From the IMG/VR virus record IMGVR_UViG_3300049783_001127: a stretch of 64,000 bases of DNA. One strand, 5' to 3'. Made by a program: the position numbers and the translations under genes. This document shows, one piece after another, positions 40,238 to 49,956 of the stretch. This DNA comes from a virus. The number at the start of each line of letters is the position of its first letter. The stretch's first letter is position 1. Under the pieces are notes generated by a model. The model made no database searches, was not told where the DNA came from, and saw only the letters and a list, made by a program, of their open reading frames with translations.

Positions 40238-40573
40238 TTAATACTCAGATTCACCATCACTTGGTATTCTGAGGGACTTTTCAAATTTATCTGAACAACC
40301 ATGACAAGTCCTATATGTAGGCCAATCACCGTCTTCTCCATAAAATTTGTGAGTTGCATGAGATGTTCCTAGAGGTAATGATTCACCACATTGTTCACAA
40401 TCATAGGTACTCCTACCTCTACTGACGCTACCACTTTCATAGTACATATCAGCCATTAGGTGCTCATGTGGTATTCTATTAAGATCAGGGCCTTGTTCCC
40501 ACACGTCTTTAATTTCATTGTTAACAACGTCCATGTTAACTAAGTTTCTGCCTATTCTTGCTTCTGCACTCAT
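40238..40573 (-). CDS. Small Cys-containing hypothetical protein
   Basis: 111 aa. CEQCGE...CHGC motifs. Confidence 0.45.
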   Translation of the reverse strand: MSAEARIGRNLVNMDVVNNEIKDVWEQGPDLNRIPHEHLMADMYYESGSVSRGRSTYDCEQCGESLPLGTSHATHKFYGEDGDWPTYRTCHGCSDKFEKSLRIPSDGESEY

Positions 40574-40787
40574 AATATCTTACTTATTTGTTATTTTAGT
40601 TCATAAAAATGGGGATGTTATGCAAACAACACCCCCTACCTAACCACTTTTTAGAAAAGCTCATCCCACTTGTTATTTACACAGAACCACCTATGATTAA
40701 TAATTGAACAAGTGGAGAGATTACAGTTACACGCCAGAGGCGCCCTGTTATCTGCAATGTTATTTTACTCTTCTTAAGTAATGTCTA

Positions 40788-41198
40788 TTATTCTAGTAGA
40801 TTCATCTCACGGGCTTCTTTAGGGTGCTCGTGAATATAAGTGTGACAAGCTCTACATACAGCTAACCATGTAGCTACTACTAGGTAGTTAGAACCTCTTT
40901 GGGATACGTGATGCACATCACTTGATGCTCCTTGGCAACAAGGTAAGTGTGCTTCACACATAGGATGGGACTCCATAAATGGTTTCCTTAAGATACCATA
41001 TGCTGCGTCTAATCCTTGTTGTTTCTTTGATTTGGGGTTGATTGGTTTTTGTGCTTTAGGTTTGAATCCTTCTTTCTTGAACTTAATAGCTTGCCAGCAA
41101 TACTGGCAATACTTGTTACCTTCATGATTTTTCCAGATTACTTTTTCCTCTGAACATCCATTACATGTCTTCAGCTTCTTCTCCATCTTCTGTTCCAA
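40788..41198 (-). CDS. HNH endonuclease
   Basis: CNGC...CQYC zinc knuckle plus HHV..R...N...CRACHTYIH (HNH core). Confidence 0.6.
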   Translation of the reverse strand: MEQKMEKKLKTCNGCSEEKVIWKNHEGNKYCQYCWQAIKFKKEGFKPKAQKPINPKSKKQQGLDAAYGILRKPFMESHPMCEAHLPCCQGASSDVHHVSQRGSNYLVVATWLAVCRACHTYIHEHPKEAREMNLLE

Positions 41199-41490
41199 AT
41201 ATGATTTCTTCTAATTCATTTTCCATTGCTGGTTCACTGTCAAGTATTAGTTCCACAATAGGATCTAATTTGTCAATGATAGAACGTAAAATTCTTAACT
41301 TATCACTTGTTTGTAATTGATCTTTCTCTTCAGAAGTAAGTTCTTTAAAGATGTGAACTTTACCAAGAGGTGAGTCCATAACGTGTTCTAATCCACCTGC
41401 TTCAAGCACATCATAATATGCTGAAGTCATATCTTTCAATAATATTGATGTGAACACAATCTCTTCATTAGACAATTCATTAAATTTCAT
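41161..41490 (-). CDS. Hypothetical acidic protein
   Basis: 109-aa ORF. Confidence 0.4.
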   Translation of the reverse strand: MKFNELSNEEIVFTSILLKDMTSAYYDVLEAGGLEHVMDSPLGKVHIFKELTSEEKDQLQTSDKLRILRSIIDKLDPIVELILDSEPAMENELEEIIFGTEDGEEAEDM

Positions 41491-41981
41491 GCAACTTCTT
41501 TTAGATGATAGAAGTTATTAGGTAATATACCTTCTTTGATAAACTTGCCAATGACATGTTTTCTGGTTATCCCTAAGCTTCTAAGATCTAAGGTATTAAT
41601 AAATTCTGGATCTAACCCAATTACAGAGCTAGAAAGTAATGATCCCATTGCTATGTTATTAGGAAAATACTGTTGTTGTATACTCATACACAGTTCATTA
41701 ACTCTTTCTTGTTTAAAAAGATTGATTGAGATTTGAGCTCTTTTGGATACTTTTTCAATTCTTTTTCTTTTTTCCCAATGCATCTTCTTCTTTTCATCTC
41801 TGCTGTATAGCTTGAGACCAAGTAATGCTCTTTTATAAAGCATGTTTTGATAATCTGTAAGTCTATAGTTTTGGTATTTTATACCGTTTTGATCAGAACC
41901 TATTATTTGGTACTTTTCCAGTACACCTTGATAAACAACAGAATTGTTTGCAAGTGCACTTAATGTATTTAGTGTTTTCAT
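41487..41981 (-). CDS. Hypothetical protein
   Basis: 164-aa ORF. Confidence 0.45.
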   Translation of the reverse strand: MKTLNTLSALANNSVVYQGVLEKYQIIGSDQNGIKYQNYRLTDYQNMLYKRALLGLKLYSRDEKKKMHWEKRKRIEKVSKRAQISINLFKQERVNELCMSIQQQYFPNNIAMGSLLSSSVIGLDPEFINTLDLRSLGITRKHVIGKFIKEGILPNNFYHLKEVA

Positions 41982-42005
41982 AGAGTGTAATGTTATTTAA
42001 TAATG

Positions 42006-42034
42006 ACAAAAAAAGGGGGCCTGAGCCCCCTTTA
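42006..42034. terminator. Bidirectional hairpin terminator
   Basis: AAAAAAA-GGGGGC-ctga-GCCCCC-TTT. Confidence 0.6.
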
Positions 42035-42050
42035 GTATATTTAGCTTTGA

Positions 42051-42512
42051 TTAAAGCTTAGCATCTTCTTCTACATCAGAAGCTGATTCTTGAGATTCTG
42101 CATAAGCAGTTTGGATAGCCTCACGGTTATCATGCTCAATCAATGTATCTGTTGCTTCAATAGCATCAGTATACATAGTTTTACGACAGATTGGAGTTCC
42201 TTCAAAAGAGCAAATAATACCAGTATCACCGGCAACTTTGTAATCTTTTTCTGGATCTGATTCATTGAATGGAGTTAATGACTCACATACAACAATCTTA
42301 CCTGGCAACGCTGCACCATTTGTAAGACCAAGAGCTTTTAACTCTGATACCTTACCTGCAATCAAAGCACTGATGTTTCTATTGCGAACCCATCCACCTT
42401 CCATAGTAGTACGGGATTGAGATACACGAATGTATCCATACTCAGGATTGTTTTTTGAAATGTTAACTACTTGTCCTGCGTCATTTGCTGTAACTGTTAC
42501 TGATTTGTTCAT
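42051..42512 (-). CDS. Hypothetical protein
   Basis: 153-aa ORF. Confidence 0.45.
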   Translation of the reverse strand: MNKSVTVTANDAGQVVNISKNNPEYGYIRVSQSRTTMEGGWVRNRNISALIAGKVSELKALGLTNGAALPGKIVVCESLTPFNESDPEKDYKVAGDTGIICSFEGTPICRKTMYTDAIEATDTLIEHDNREAIQTAYAESQESASDVEEDAKL

Positions 42513-42618
42513 CTTAATTGTGTTTTTTTAAAGCACACCATCTTAGGGTCATGCTTTTTGTTTGAATAAATAAAAAATTGATTGTTTGAGTGAGTTACAA
42601 TAATACTACAGAAAGATC

Positions 42619-42867
42619 TCACTCTTCATCTGCAGTATAATCTTGGTCTTTAAGCTTCTCAGCACTTGATACTTTATCAACATCAGGTGTTTTGTCTTCT
42701 TCAGGTTCAGATTTCACTTGTTTTTTCATAGCAGACGCATAGAATGGGTTATTCACCATTGCTCCAGCATCATACGCCATTAAACCTCTGATCTCTTCAT
42801 CTGAAAAGTCTAGATAGTCATTGATAGATAATTCAATTGTCCTTCCGTCTGGTAATTGATACAACAT
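42619..42867 (-). CDS. Hypothetical protein
   Basis: 82-aa ORF. Confidence 0.4.
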   Translation of the reverse strand: MLYQLPDGRTIELSINDYLDFSDEEIRGLMAYDAGAMVNNPFYASAMKKQVKSEPEEDKTPDVDKVSSAEKLKDQDYTADEE

Positions 42868-43080
42868 AAATTGTTATGTACAAGTTTCAGATGTAAAGAT
42901 AACTAAGATATCTAGTCTAAACTACTAGGTATACGTGAGTTACTTAAATATATATGAATATATAGCTATAATTGATGTTATTGACACACAGTTCTATTTA
43001 TAGGCCTAACTTGGCAAAAGTCTGTGTTCTCAATCTCATAGAGCTTGATTAGATTCTAATTAAAAATAGGGGAGCTATGA

Positions 43081-43135
43081 CACAAGTGCCAAATTAACCC
43101 CTTAATTGCTCCCCTATTAAGTCAACAGTTCCAAA
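43081..43135. repeat. 11-bp perfect inverted repeat with a 31-nt spacer (long hairpin)
   Basis: AATAGGGGAGC ... GCTCCCCTATT. The left arm shares GGGGAG-TATGACAC with the hairpin at 8811. Confidence 0.6.
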
Positions 43136-43141
43136 CTGCAA

Positions 43142-43666
43142 CTATTTTTTGATGATTATCTTAATATCTTTAGCAACGCCTAATCTAGGGGTGGCGCCAA
43201 CTGCAGTTAAGAAATCAATTGAATTGGTATAACGTGATGACATACAGTCATGCACAATCCACTCACCATTAATAAACGGATGAGCTTTTGACTCCACACT
43301 GATAGTATCTCCAAACTTGAAGTATCCTTTCCAATGTGCTTCATTACTGTATAAATTATCTCTGTATTGATCTAGAATTAAGTCTCTAGATAAAGCTACC
43401 CATCTCTGTTTTCCATTCTTTACTTTAGAAGGAACTATTAAAGATCCATCTGCTGTTTTAAATGGAGATTCATCACACTGAGCTACTGTGGCGTTATACC
43501 TAGTTCCTCTTTTTAAGTGTAATGTATCATGCTTTACTATGACTTTCTTAGTGACTTTTTTAGTTTTTACTATGACAACTTCTTGCTGAGGTACTGAATA
43601 GACTTGTTGTAAGCCATACCCTCCTGTTATACAAATAGAGAAGCCAATAATCATTACTTTGATCAT
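43142..43666 (-). CDS. Secreted/anchored protein, possible DPBB/3D-like fold (candidate cell-wall-active protein)
   Basis: N-terminal hydrophobic segment. Weak resemblance to 3D/RlpA-type barrels (TADGS...VALSRDL...GDTISV). Tentative. Confidence 0.35.
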   Translation of the reverse strand: MIKVMIIGFSICITGGYGLQQVYSVPQQEVVIVKTKKVTKKVIVKHDTLHLKRGTRYNATVAQCDESPFKTADGSLIVPSKVKNGKQRWVALSRDLILDQYRDNLYSNEAHWKGYFKFGDTISVESKAHPFINGEWIVHDCMSSRYTNSIDFLTAVGATPRLGVAKDIKIIIKK

Positions 43667-43688
43667 AATTTAATTTTAGTGAATAATT

Positions 43689-44642
43689 TTAGAATGGTAA
43701 GTCATCATCCAATGATCCCACACTAACTGAACGAGTGTTTCTGCTTAGCATGGGACCTCCTCCCCACAAATGTACGATATCCTTGATCCCTTTCTCCTTC
43801 CTGGAGATTCTCTTCAGAAACAACTCAGGATTAAATCCTATACCCGTCCAGTCAATCTTAGTGCTAATCAATTGTGCTTTTTCTTGAAGTTTCCTTCCAT
43901 AAGCGTCATAATCAACAACAAGTCTATTCTTCAGTGTGGTGTCTCCCGAAATAGGGTGAAACAAACTAACAACAGCTCTGGGGTCTAGGCTATTATATAA
44001 AAGTGTCTCAGCTTCTAATCTAATTCTAAAATGTTTGTAGAATAGATATAATGCTGAAGCATCTTCTTTTTGTAATCCACAAGTTCTCTTTAACAAATAG
44101 GTGACCCTATATGCCATAGCTTCTTCTGTAGATGTAACTTTTCCTGCTAATATAGAACCAATAAGTCCTTTAGTAGCAATCTTTTGGATTACTTTGTCAT
44201 TAAGTAATTCCTTAGCAGATGGATTAACTGTATCTATCAAATGATTAAACACTTTGGTAACTAATATACTATTGATATTATGTCTTCCCCAAACTGTTAG
44301 TCTTGATGCAGCTCTACCCTTCTTGTGGTATGTAACACCTTCAGTTGGATTACCACCTTTAATGAACAATACACCTTTAGAACCTTTCATTACTCTGTTT
44401 CTTCTTTCCACTACATGTACTTTCTCATCACCATCTGTTATGGCAATAGATGAATACGCAAGTTGTCCAGAATAATGCATTCCTCTACCACCAGAGTTAA
44501 ATACATAGGCTTGAAACTTCTTAGGTTTAGTCATTAATTCTTCAATATTCTTACGTCTTGCTTGTGCATAGTGATCTAACACGTACCTTGTATTGCTTAC
44601 TTTCTTTTCCATAGTTGTAAGTATAAAAGGGTCTGCTATCAC
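43689..44642 (-). CDS. Hypothetical protein ending in the SSB-tail motif DDDLPF
   Basis: 317 aa. The C-terminal hexapeptide DDDLPF matches the bacterial SSB C-terminal tip (DDDIPF). Confidence 0.5.
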   Translation of the reverse strand: MIADPFILTTMEKKVSNTRYVLDHYAQARRKNIEELMTKPKKFQAYVFNSGGRGMHYSGQLAYSSIAITDGDEKVHVVERRNRVMKGSKGVLFIKGGNPTEGVTYHKKGRAASRLTVWGRHNINSILVTKVFNHLIDTVNPSAKELLNDKVIQKIATKGLIGSILAGKVTSTEEAMAYRVTYLLKRTCGLQKEDASALYLFYKHFRIRLEAETLLYNSLDPRAVVSLFHPISGDTTLKNRLVVDYDAYGRKLQEKAQLISTKIDWTGIGFNPELFLKRISRKEKGIKDIVHLWGGGPMLSRNTRSVSVGSLDDDLPF

Positions 44643-44674
44643 ACAAACCCTTTTTAGTATTTCTTGATTGGTTT

Positions 44675-45112
44675 TTAATCTTTGTTTGGACCTAACCCAG
44701 CTAATAATGCAGCTAATAAACCTCCAGGCCCTCCATTCCCACCTTGCATTCTTTGTACTTCTACATACAACATAATGGAAACTAAATAGAATTCATTTGC
44801 ATGTTTAATATGAGGTGCTAATAATGCCATAGCATCAATTGTGTTCTTAGATTCGAGAATTGACATCTTTACTTTTTTAGAATAAAAACTTACTTTCTCT
44901 TCAGATATACCAAGTCCTTCATGCATGTTTTCATTGTCAGGCTCAACATGAAACACTTTAAATTTATTAGTACCATCTGGTAAATTACTGGTGTCCAATT
45001 GGTTAACATTAATTATCTTTTCTTCTGTTATGTTCACAGTAAAAAATTTAGGGAACATTTTAAATAATAGTTTTTTCATAGGAACTGTTTTAAAGTTTTG
45101 TTTCCATCCCAA
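44675..45112 (-). CDS. Hypothetical protein
   Basis: 145-aa ORF with a Gly-rich C-terminus. Confidence 0.4.
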   Translation of the reverse strand: MGWKQNFKTVPMKKLLFKMFPKFFTVNITEEKIINVNQLDTSNLPDGTNKFKVFHVEPDNENMHEGLGISEEKVSFYSKKVKMSILESKNTIDAMALLAPHIKHANEFYLVSIMLYVEVQRMQGGNGGPGGLLAALLAGLGPNKD

Positions 45113-45302
45113 TAAGCTTATGCTCTTTGGAATAGGTTAAATTATCTATTACACACTCTATGTGTGCAGGTACTGCCTCTACATTATTACCATCTTGAGT
45201 CCCGTGAATGGGAATTAAGATTGTTGGTCCATCATGTCTTTCACTACATACAGGACACACTGACCCAGCTGTTTCTGGGAAGTGTTCAAATACTCTATTC
45301 AT
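45090..45302 (-). CDS. Small zinc-ribbon protein
   Basis: CPVCSE...HIEC. 70 aa. Confidence 0.4.
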   Translation of the reverse strand: MNRVFEHFPETAGSVCPVCSERHDGPTILIPIHGTQDGNNVEAVPAHIECVIDNLTYSKEHKLIGMETKL

Positions 45303-45419
45303 TTTTTTAGTTTTTAAAAAGGGCCTGTATTTCTACAAGCCCTTGATAGATTTGGAAAAGAAGCGTAGGGTATGAACCCTAACAATACATACCACCTTAT
45401 GTGATACTAGCATTGTACG

Positions 45420-45617
45420 TTAAATATTATTTGCTGTACGATCTTGAGCACTTCTTTCCCAGTTGCTCAGCCGTTTGTAAAATCCTCTTAGTGTAGACAC
45501 CACGTGTCCATCAAGTATTACCTTTTCATAATCTGTAATTATTGCTTTTGGTAATCTTGGATAGTTAGGAAATCTTTTTTTCATAGCCTTGTGGCCATTT
45601 ACTTCTTCAAGCGTCAT
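45420..45617 (-). CDS. Hypothetical protein
   Basis: 65-aa ORF. Confidence 0.35.
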   Translation of the reverse strand: MTLEEVNGHKAMKKRFPNYPRLPKAIITDYEKVILDGHVVSTLRGFYKRLSNWERSAQDRTANNI

Positions 45618-45891
45618 TAGTTTGTTTTTGAGAGTGATACTTATCCCACAATTTCTTGTAAGAATATTTAATTGTAGGAATCTTTCTTGCTCCTAACATT
45701 CCGATAATAATAATAAAAATTCCAATCCATGAAAGAGCACTGAAAACATATCCAAGCATATCATGGTGTGCAGTTTCATATAATGGTTTATCAGGACCTA
45801 TGTCATCAATTTCTAGTTTATACATGGCACCAATATAAAAGCCATATGCTAGTACTGTACCTAAGAGGTACATTATTACGTAATAATTCAT
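45607..45891 (-). CDS. Small membrane protein
   Basis: 94 aa, two hydrophobic helices. Confidence 0.4.
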   Translation of the reverse strand: MNYYVIMYLLGTVLAYGFYIGAMYKLEIDDIGPDKPLYETAHHDMLGYVFSALSWIGIFIIIIGMLGARKIPTIKYSYKKLWDKYHSQKQTNDA

Positions 45892-46095
45892 TTGATTTGG
45901 TATTTAAGGGGTTTATAAACTATCTACGGGTTGTACGTCCATAAATATCATAATTGTAATCATATAACCAGGTATAGCGGAATGCTCTCCATGTATATAG
46001 TCCAATTATAGGAAGAGTGGTATCTCCTTTAGCTACCAACCGACCTTCACTATTTATGAATAAGTTTGAGTTGTTCATTGAGTTGAGTTAAGGGG

Positions 46096-46473
46096 TTATT
46101 TTAAAAATCTTTCACAGTGTCCACGCCATTTGCCGTCTGCCACGTACTGTATACATTTAATTCTATTGTTAGACCCTTTAGCCAAAAGCTCAAGGTCCAT
46201 TGGATCATCATCAAGATGAAATATAAAGTTCTTATCAGAGATATGCTCAAATTTAAACTTGAAACTACAAAATGTTATTCTTTCTTCCGGAATACTCAAC
46301 TTTCTGGCTATTCTGTATAATTCCTGGTTGTGCTTCTCACGACCTGGTTTATTTGGAAATCTTCTAGTTGTTATCCATACTGTTACATCATGTCTATCTA
46401 CAAGAGTTTGTACATAATCCTGTACTTCTTTATACTCTAGAGTTCCGTCAAAGTCTATGCTTACATGTTTCAT
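46096..46473 (-). CDS. HAD-superfamily phosphatase (small)
   Basis: Motif I SIDFDGTL (DxDGT) and a C-terminal HLDDDP acidic motif. Confidence 0.55.
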   Translation of the reverse strand: MKHVSIDFDGTLEYKEVQDYVQTLVDRHDVTVWITTRRFPNKPGREKHNQELYRIARKLSIPEERITFCSFKFKFEHISDKNFIFHLDDDPMDLELLAKGSNNRIKCIQYVADGKWRGHCERFLK

Positions 46474-46557
46474 GCTTCTAAAGTATTGTACTATTGCAAA
46501 GAGAGGAAATCAATCTGCCATGGCTGTGGTAAAAGAACCTCTCTTTGCTTTAGTGGA

Positions 46558-47289
46558 TTAAATAAATATGTTCTTTTGCAAATACATAAGTGTATTATGC
46601 TCAGAACCCATCATTATTAAAGTATTCTTGTGAACACCTATGTTCTTGATTGCTTTAGAATGATTGTAAAGATTACCAACAGCTATTCTAGCTCTCATGA
46701 TCTTTCTTTTAAGATTATGATCAATTCCCGGTATTAAATCAAACAATTCATTTAATTCTTTACACCATTTGTCAGCTGAAGGGTTGATCATTTCAAACTC
46801 ACCTCTTTTTAAGTAGTTTGTACCTCCTCCTGAATCATAGCTTGGGTTTAAACCACAAACAGCAGACAACATAGCCAATTCAATGTTATGCGTATTATGT
46901 AGTTTTAATAATTGTACATAATCAGGCATATAATAGGTGTATGCTTCAACATAATTCTTAAGATTCCAGCTTTTAGCTGTACTGTTGAACTGTCCCATTT
47001 TCTTGACCATATCAATTTCATCTTTTACTTTGATAATTTGATAATTAATAGGCATACCCAAACGTTCTAAAGCCTTAGCTAAGTGTTGTCCATCAATGAT
47101 ATACAATTTAGGAGCTCCTCCTAATACACTAAGCATACAACAAACTACATCTCTAGTAACTGCACCCATGGATTTAATGGAATCAACTAATACTCCTACT
47201 TGTTTTTCATTAATATTCCTGTTCATAGGAAGTAATTCAAACATCTTATAATTCTTACTTTTCATAACTTTAAATAATGTGAAACTCAC
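46558..47289 (-). CDS. ParB/Srx-superfamily protein with a DGQHR-like motif
   Basis: YIIDGQHLAKAL matches the DGQHR-type motif of ParB-like nuclease domains. Confidence 0.45.
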   Translation of the reverse strand: MSFTLFKVMKSKNYKMFELLPMNRNINEKQVGVLVDSIKSMGAVTRDVVCCMLSVLGGAPKLYIIDGQHLAKALERLGMPINYQIIKVKDEIDMVKKMGQFNSTAKSWNLKNYVEAYTYYMPDYVQLLKLHNTHNIELAMLSAVCGLNPSYDSGGGTNYLKRGEFEMINPSADKWCKELNELFDLIPGIDHNLKRKIMRARIAVGNLYNHSKAIKNIGVHKNTLIMMGSEHNTLMYLQKNIFI

Positions 47290-47308
47290 TTACCCGGCTT
47301 CAATAGGT

Positions 47309-47968
47309 TTATTTTCTCATCTTTCTACGGACAAGGAGCATACTTCTCCTTGGTTTTTCTGCTTGTTCTACTACATTTAAGACTTCAGCAACTGTTCTTT
47401 CAGATACTTTCTTAAAGTAACTTTCATTCTCCTTTTGATCTGCTAGTTCAACTTGTACTTCAATGTCAGTTTCATTACTTAACATATCTAGTTGTTTTAA
47501 CATAGCTACAAATGTCTCATTGTTGTTTAAGAATGTAGAAGGTGCGTTATTTCCAGCTGCACAATACATTGAAATAAATGCATGTCCTAACTTCCAGTTA
47601 TTCTCGTCTACCGTATGTACATCTTTATTTCCTATCCTATGTATATATAATCCACGTGGATTATTATTTACTTTATAACTTTCCATAGACATAGCAAATA
47701 CTGGGATACGCTGTGCATTAGCAGATTCTATCTCACTCTTACAGCCTTTAGCTATATTATGACTGGTAGAGTTTATATCATTTGTACCTACAATTACAAG
47801 ATCAGCATCAAGTACTTTCTGAGGATCATAACTTGATAAATTTCTATTATGCTTTGTAATTATAATTTTCTCACAACTAGCCTTACCTAAGGCTTTTATA
47901 AAAGCAAGGAGATGAGGTTTAAACTTTGCGTCATCCACCTCATTACTCCTAGAATAATAAATCCTCAT
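47309..47968 (-). CDS. Hypothetical protein (possibly nucleoside 2-deoxyribosyltransferase-like Rossmann protein)
   Basis: 219 aa. MRIYYS... N-terminus and ...DLVIVGTND... weakly reminiscent of that family. Tentative. Confidence 0.4.
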   Translation of the reverse strand: MRIYYSRSNEVDDAKFKPHLLAFIKALGKASCEKIIITKHNRNLSSYDPQKVLDADLVIVGTNDINSTSHNIAKGCKSEIESANAQRIPVFAMSMESYKVNNNPRGLYIHRIGNKDVHTVDENNWKLGHAFISMYCAAGNNAPSTFLNNNETFVAMLKQLDMLSNETDIEVQVELADQKENESYFKKVSERTVAEVLNVVEQAEKPRRSMLLVRRKMRK

Positions 47969-48309
47969 TATTCAGTGATATTAAACCACTCATTAGAAGT
48001 TTCCTCAGCTACTTCTAACTCTACTTCAAGATTTGCAATATCTACTTTAAGATTATTAATCTCTAATACAAAGGCATCAGCATCAAAATTCTTGCTGATC
48101 AAGTTAGTAGTAGTTGATTGGTTATCTGCTGATAAATCAGTCATTTCATCCAATCTGTTTTGCTTACTCCGGATTTTGGATTTAACATCCATAACCAATT
48201 TCATTTGAGCATCTGAACAGGCTTCTCCTATTCTACGTGCTCTGTCAATCTTAATTTGTTTGTTCTCTCTACTTAATTGAGCAACAAATTTGCTGTCTTT
48301 CTTAGCCAT
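47968..48309 (-). CDS. Hypothetical coiled-coil protein
   Basis: 113-aa ORF. Confidence 0.4.
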   Translation of the reverse strand: MAKKDSKFVAQLSRENKQIKIDRARRIGEACSDAQMKLVMDVKSKIRSKQNRLDEMTDLSADNQSTTTNLISKNFDADAFVLEINNLKVDIANLEVELEVAEETSNEWFNITE

Positions 48310-48379
48310 AACTTAGTTATTTTACTTATTTGGAACTGTTTGATTGATATCTTTGCCTCAATCAGGGCTATATGTATTG

Positions 48380-48643
48380 CTATTCTAATAGCTTGTTACC
48401 ATCTTTAGTAATTATTTTCCATACATCATCTGTAAGCGTCATTGCTGCTCTATCTGATTTTTGTGCAATATGAGCACAAGGTAGATCTTGATCTTTGAAA
48501 TTGATATAATGAAACAATATGCTATGTAAATGATCATAAAGTTCTTGTTTCTTATTTACTTTTTTCATTCTAATATATTTGAATAAAGTCTCATTACAGA
48601 GCCTACACACTGGATTATTACTTCTGTCATTGATAGTGCCCAT
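48380..48643 (-). CDS. Hypothetical protein (CRLC motif)
   Basis: 87-aa ORF, ends KLLE*. Confidence 0.35.
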   Translation of the reverse strand: MGTINDRSNNPVCRLCNETLFKYIRMKKVNKKQELYDHLHSILFHYINFKDQDLPCAHIAQKSDRAAMTLTDDVWKIITKDGNKLLE

Positions 48644-48924
48644 ATTGCAGCATCATCTCTATTAACAGCTGTTATACCACCTGGGTTTCTATAATGATAG
48701 TCCATGATGAGACCTGTTCTTATTCTCTCTCTTAAGTCATTTCTGTGGAGATAATTCCATTCCATAAAGTCTGAGAATTTCTCAAGATTATCAATGGTGT
48801 CTCTTCCAATCTGGTTGCCCCAATGTGCCATACCTTTAATAGGATTTGGATAAGGTTGAGGTCCTGTGCACATCTTATATTGTATTAAATGTACGAGCAT
48901 ATTACAATGAGTCTTATCTATCAT
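48565..48924 (-). CDS. Hypothetical protein (overlaps the next ORF by 79 nt)
   Basis: 119-aa ORF. Confidence 0.4.
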   Translation of the reverse strand: MIDKTHCNMLVHLIQYKMCTGPQPYPNPIKGMAHWGNQIGRDTIDNLEKFSDFMEWNYLHRNDLRERIRTGLIMDYHYRNPGGITAVNRDDAAIWALSMTEVIIQCVGSVMRLYSNILE

Positions 48925-49144
48925 AAATTAGTTGTTATAAAAAGGCTGTGCACTCTACCACACAGCCTTTTTCATTTGTCATCACTTCTAAAACTCTAAT
49001 AAACTACAGTTCTTTATGCTAAGTGCTTTGATATGATTGATGTTCAGTACAAGACCAAACTCCCTCTTGATATCTTTCTTAGCTTGTGCTTCAGCCTTTT
49101 TATGCTCAAACATATTCTTAGGCGTTGGCTTTTGCCAACTTTTA

Positions 49145-49660
49145 CTAGTCATTACAAACTAGTTTTTCTTCCAATTCCTCCATGTGATACTTTACATGTA
49201 TTGCTTCTTCCAGATCTATACCTTCTATTTTATAATAGCTTGTATAGAAACTTTCACTGGGATTAAATTGATAAGCGTATGCATATAGATCTTCTAGTGC
49301 ATCATAGTTAATTATAAGATTCATCTGCCATATGCCGGATTCTCCTCCTTCAATAAACAATTGCTTAGTATATCCATTTTCACCTTGATACCATACTTGG
49401 TAATGTGTTTTTGAATTAAGCATTAATGAATACTTCTTTTTAGTTTTACTTGTCTCATATAAAACCCAATTTCCATCCTCTTTGTCTAAATAGAACACTG
49501 AAATAGTAGTTTCTACATTGTTGAGAATTTCTCCTTTTACAACTAAGATGTTATCTTTCTCAGGTGCCGGGATTGTTGGTTCATTCATTGAATAAGAACC
49601 AAAAGATGTCAATACTAATGCAATGACTAAAAATAAATTGATGTTGGATAAATTTTTCAT
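49145..49660 (-). CDS. Secreted protein with N-terminal signal peptide
   Basis: MKNLSNINLFLVIALVLTSFGSYS followed by a hydrophilic domain. Confidence 0.5.
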   Translation of the reverse strand: MKNLSNINLFLVIALVLTSFGSYSMNEPTIPAPEKDNILVVKGEILNNVETTISVFYLDKEDGNWVLYETSKTKKKYSLMLNSKTHYQVWYQGENGYTKQLFIEGGESGIWQMNLIINYDALEDLYAYAYQFNPSESFYTSYYKIEGIDLEEAIHVKYHMEELEEKLVCND

Positions 49661-49741
49661 AACTTGAAATTTAAATAAAAAATAGTTGCTGAATTTCTCT
49701 GTTAATAACTGGCAACCTTACAGTTATTGAGGCTTCATTAA

Positions 49742-49924
49742 TTACTTTAAATGATTCATTATATATGCCTGAAATGCAATGGCTAACACAGCTAATATAT
49801 ATGCATACCATAATATTCTAAAAGCTTTAAAGCTTTTTCTATTCTTCTTTAGTTCTATTGACCTGAATGCCATCGCTGAGGATATACATACAATACTAAC
49901 TATGACTAAATAAATTGAGTTCAT
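49742..49924 (-). CDS. Small membrane protein
   Basis: 60 aa, two hydrophobic segments. Confidence 0.35.
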   Translation of the reverse strand: MNSIYLVIVSIVCISSAMAFRSIELKKNRKSFKAFRILWYAYILAVLAIAFQAYIMNHLK

Positions 49925-49956
49925 AATAATAGTTTAAGGGGTTAATTACTTGATAA

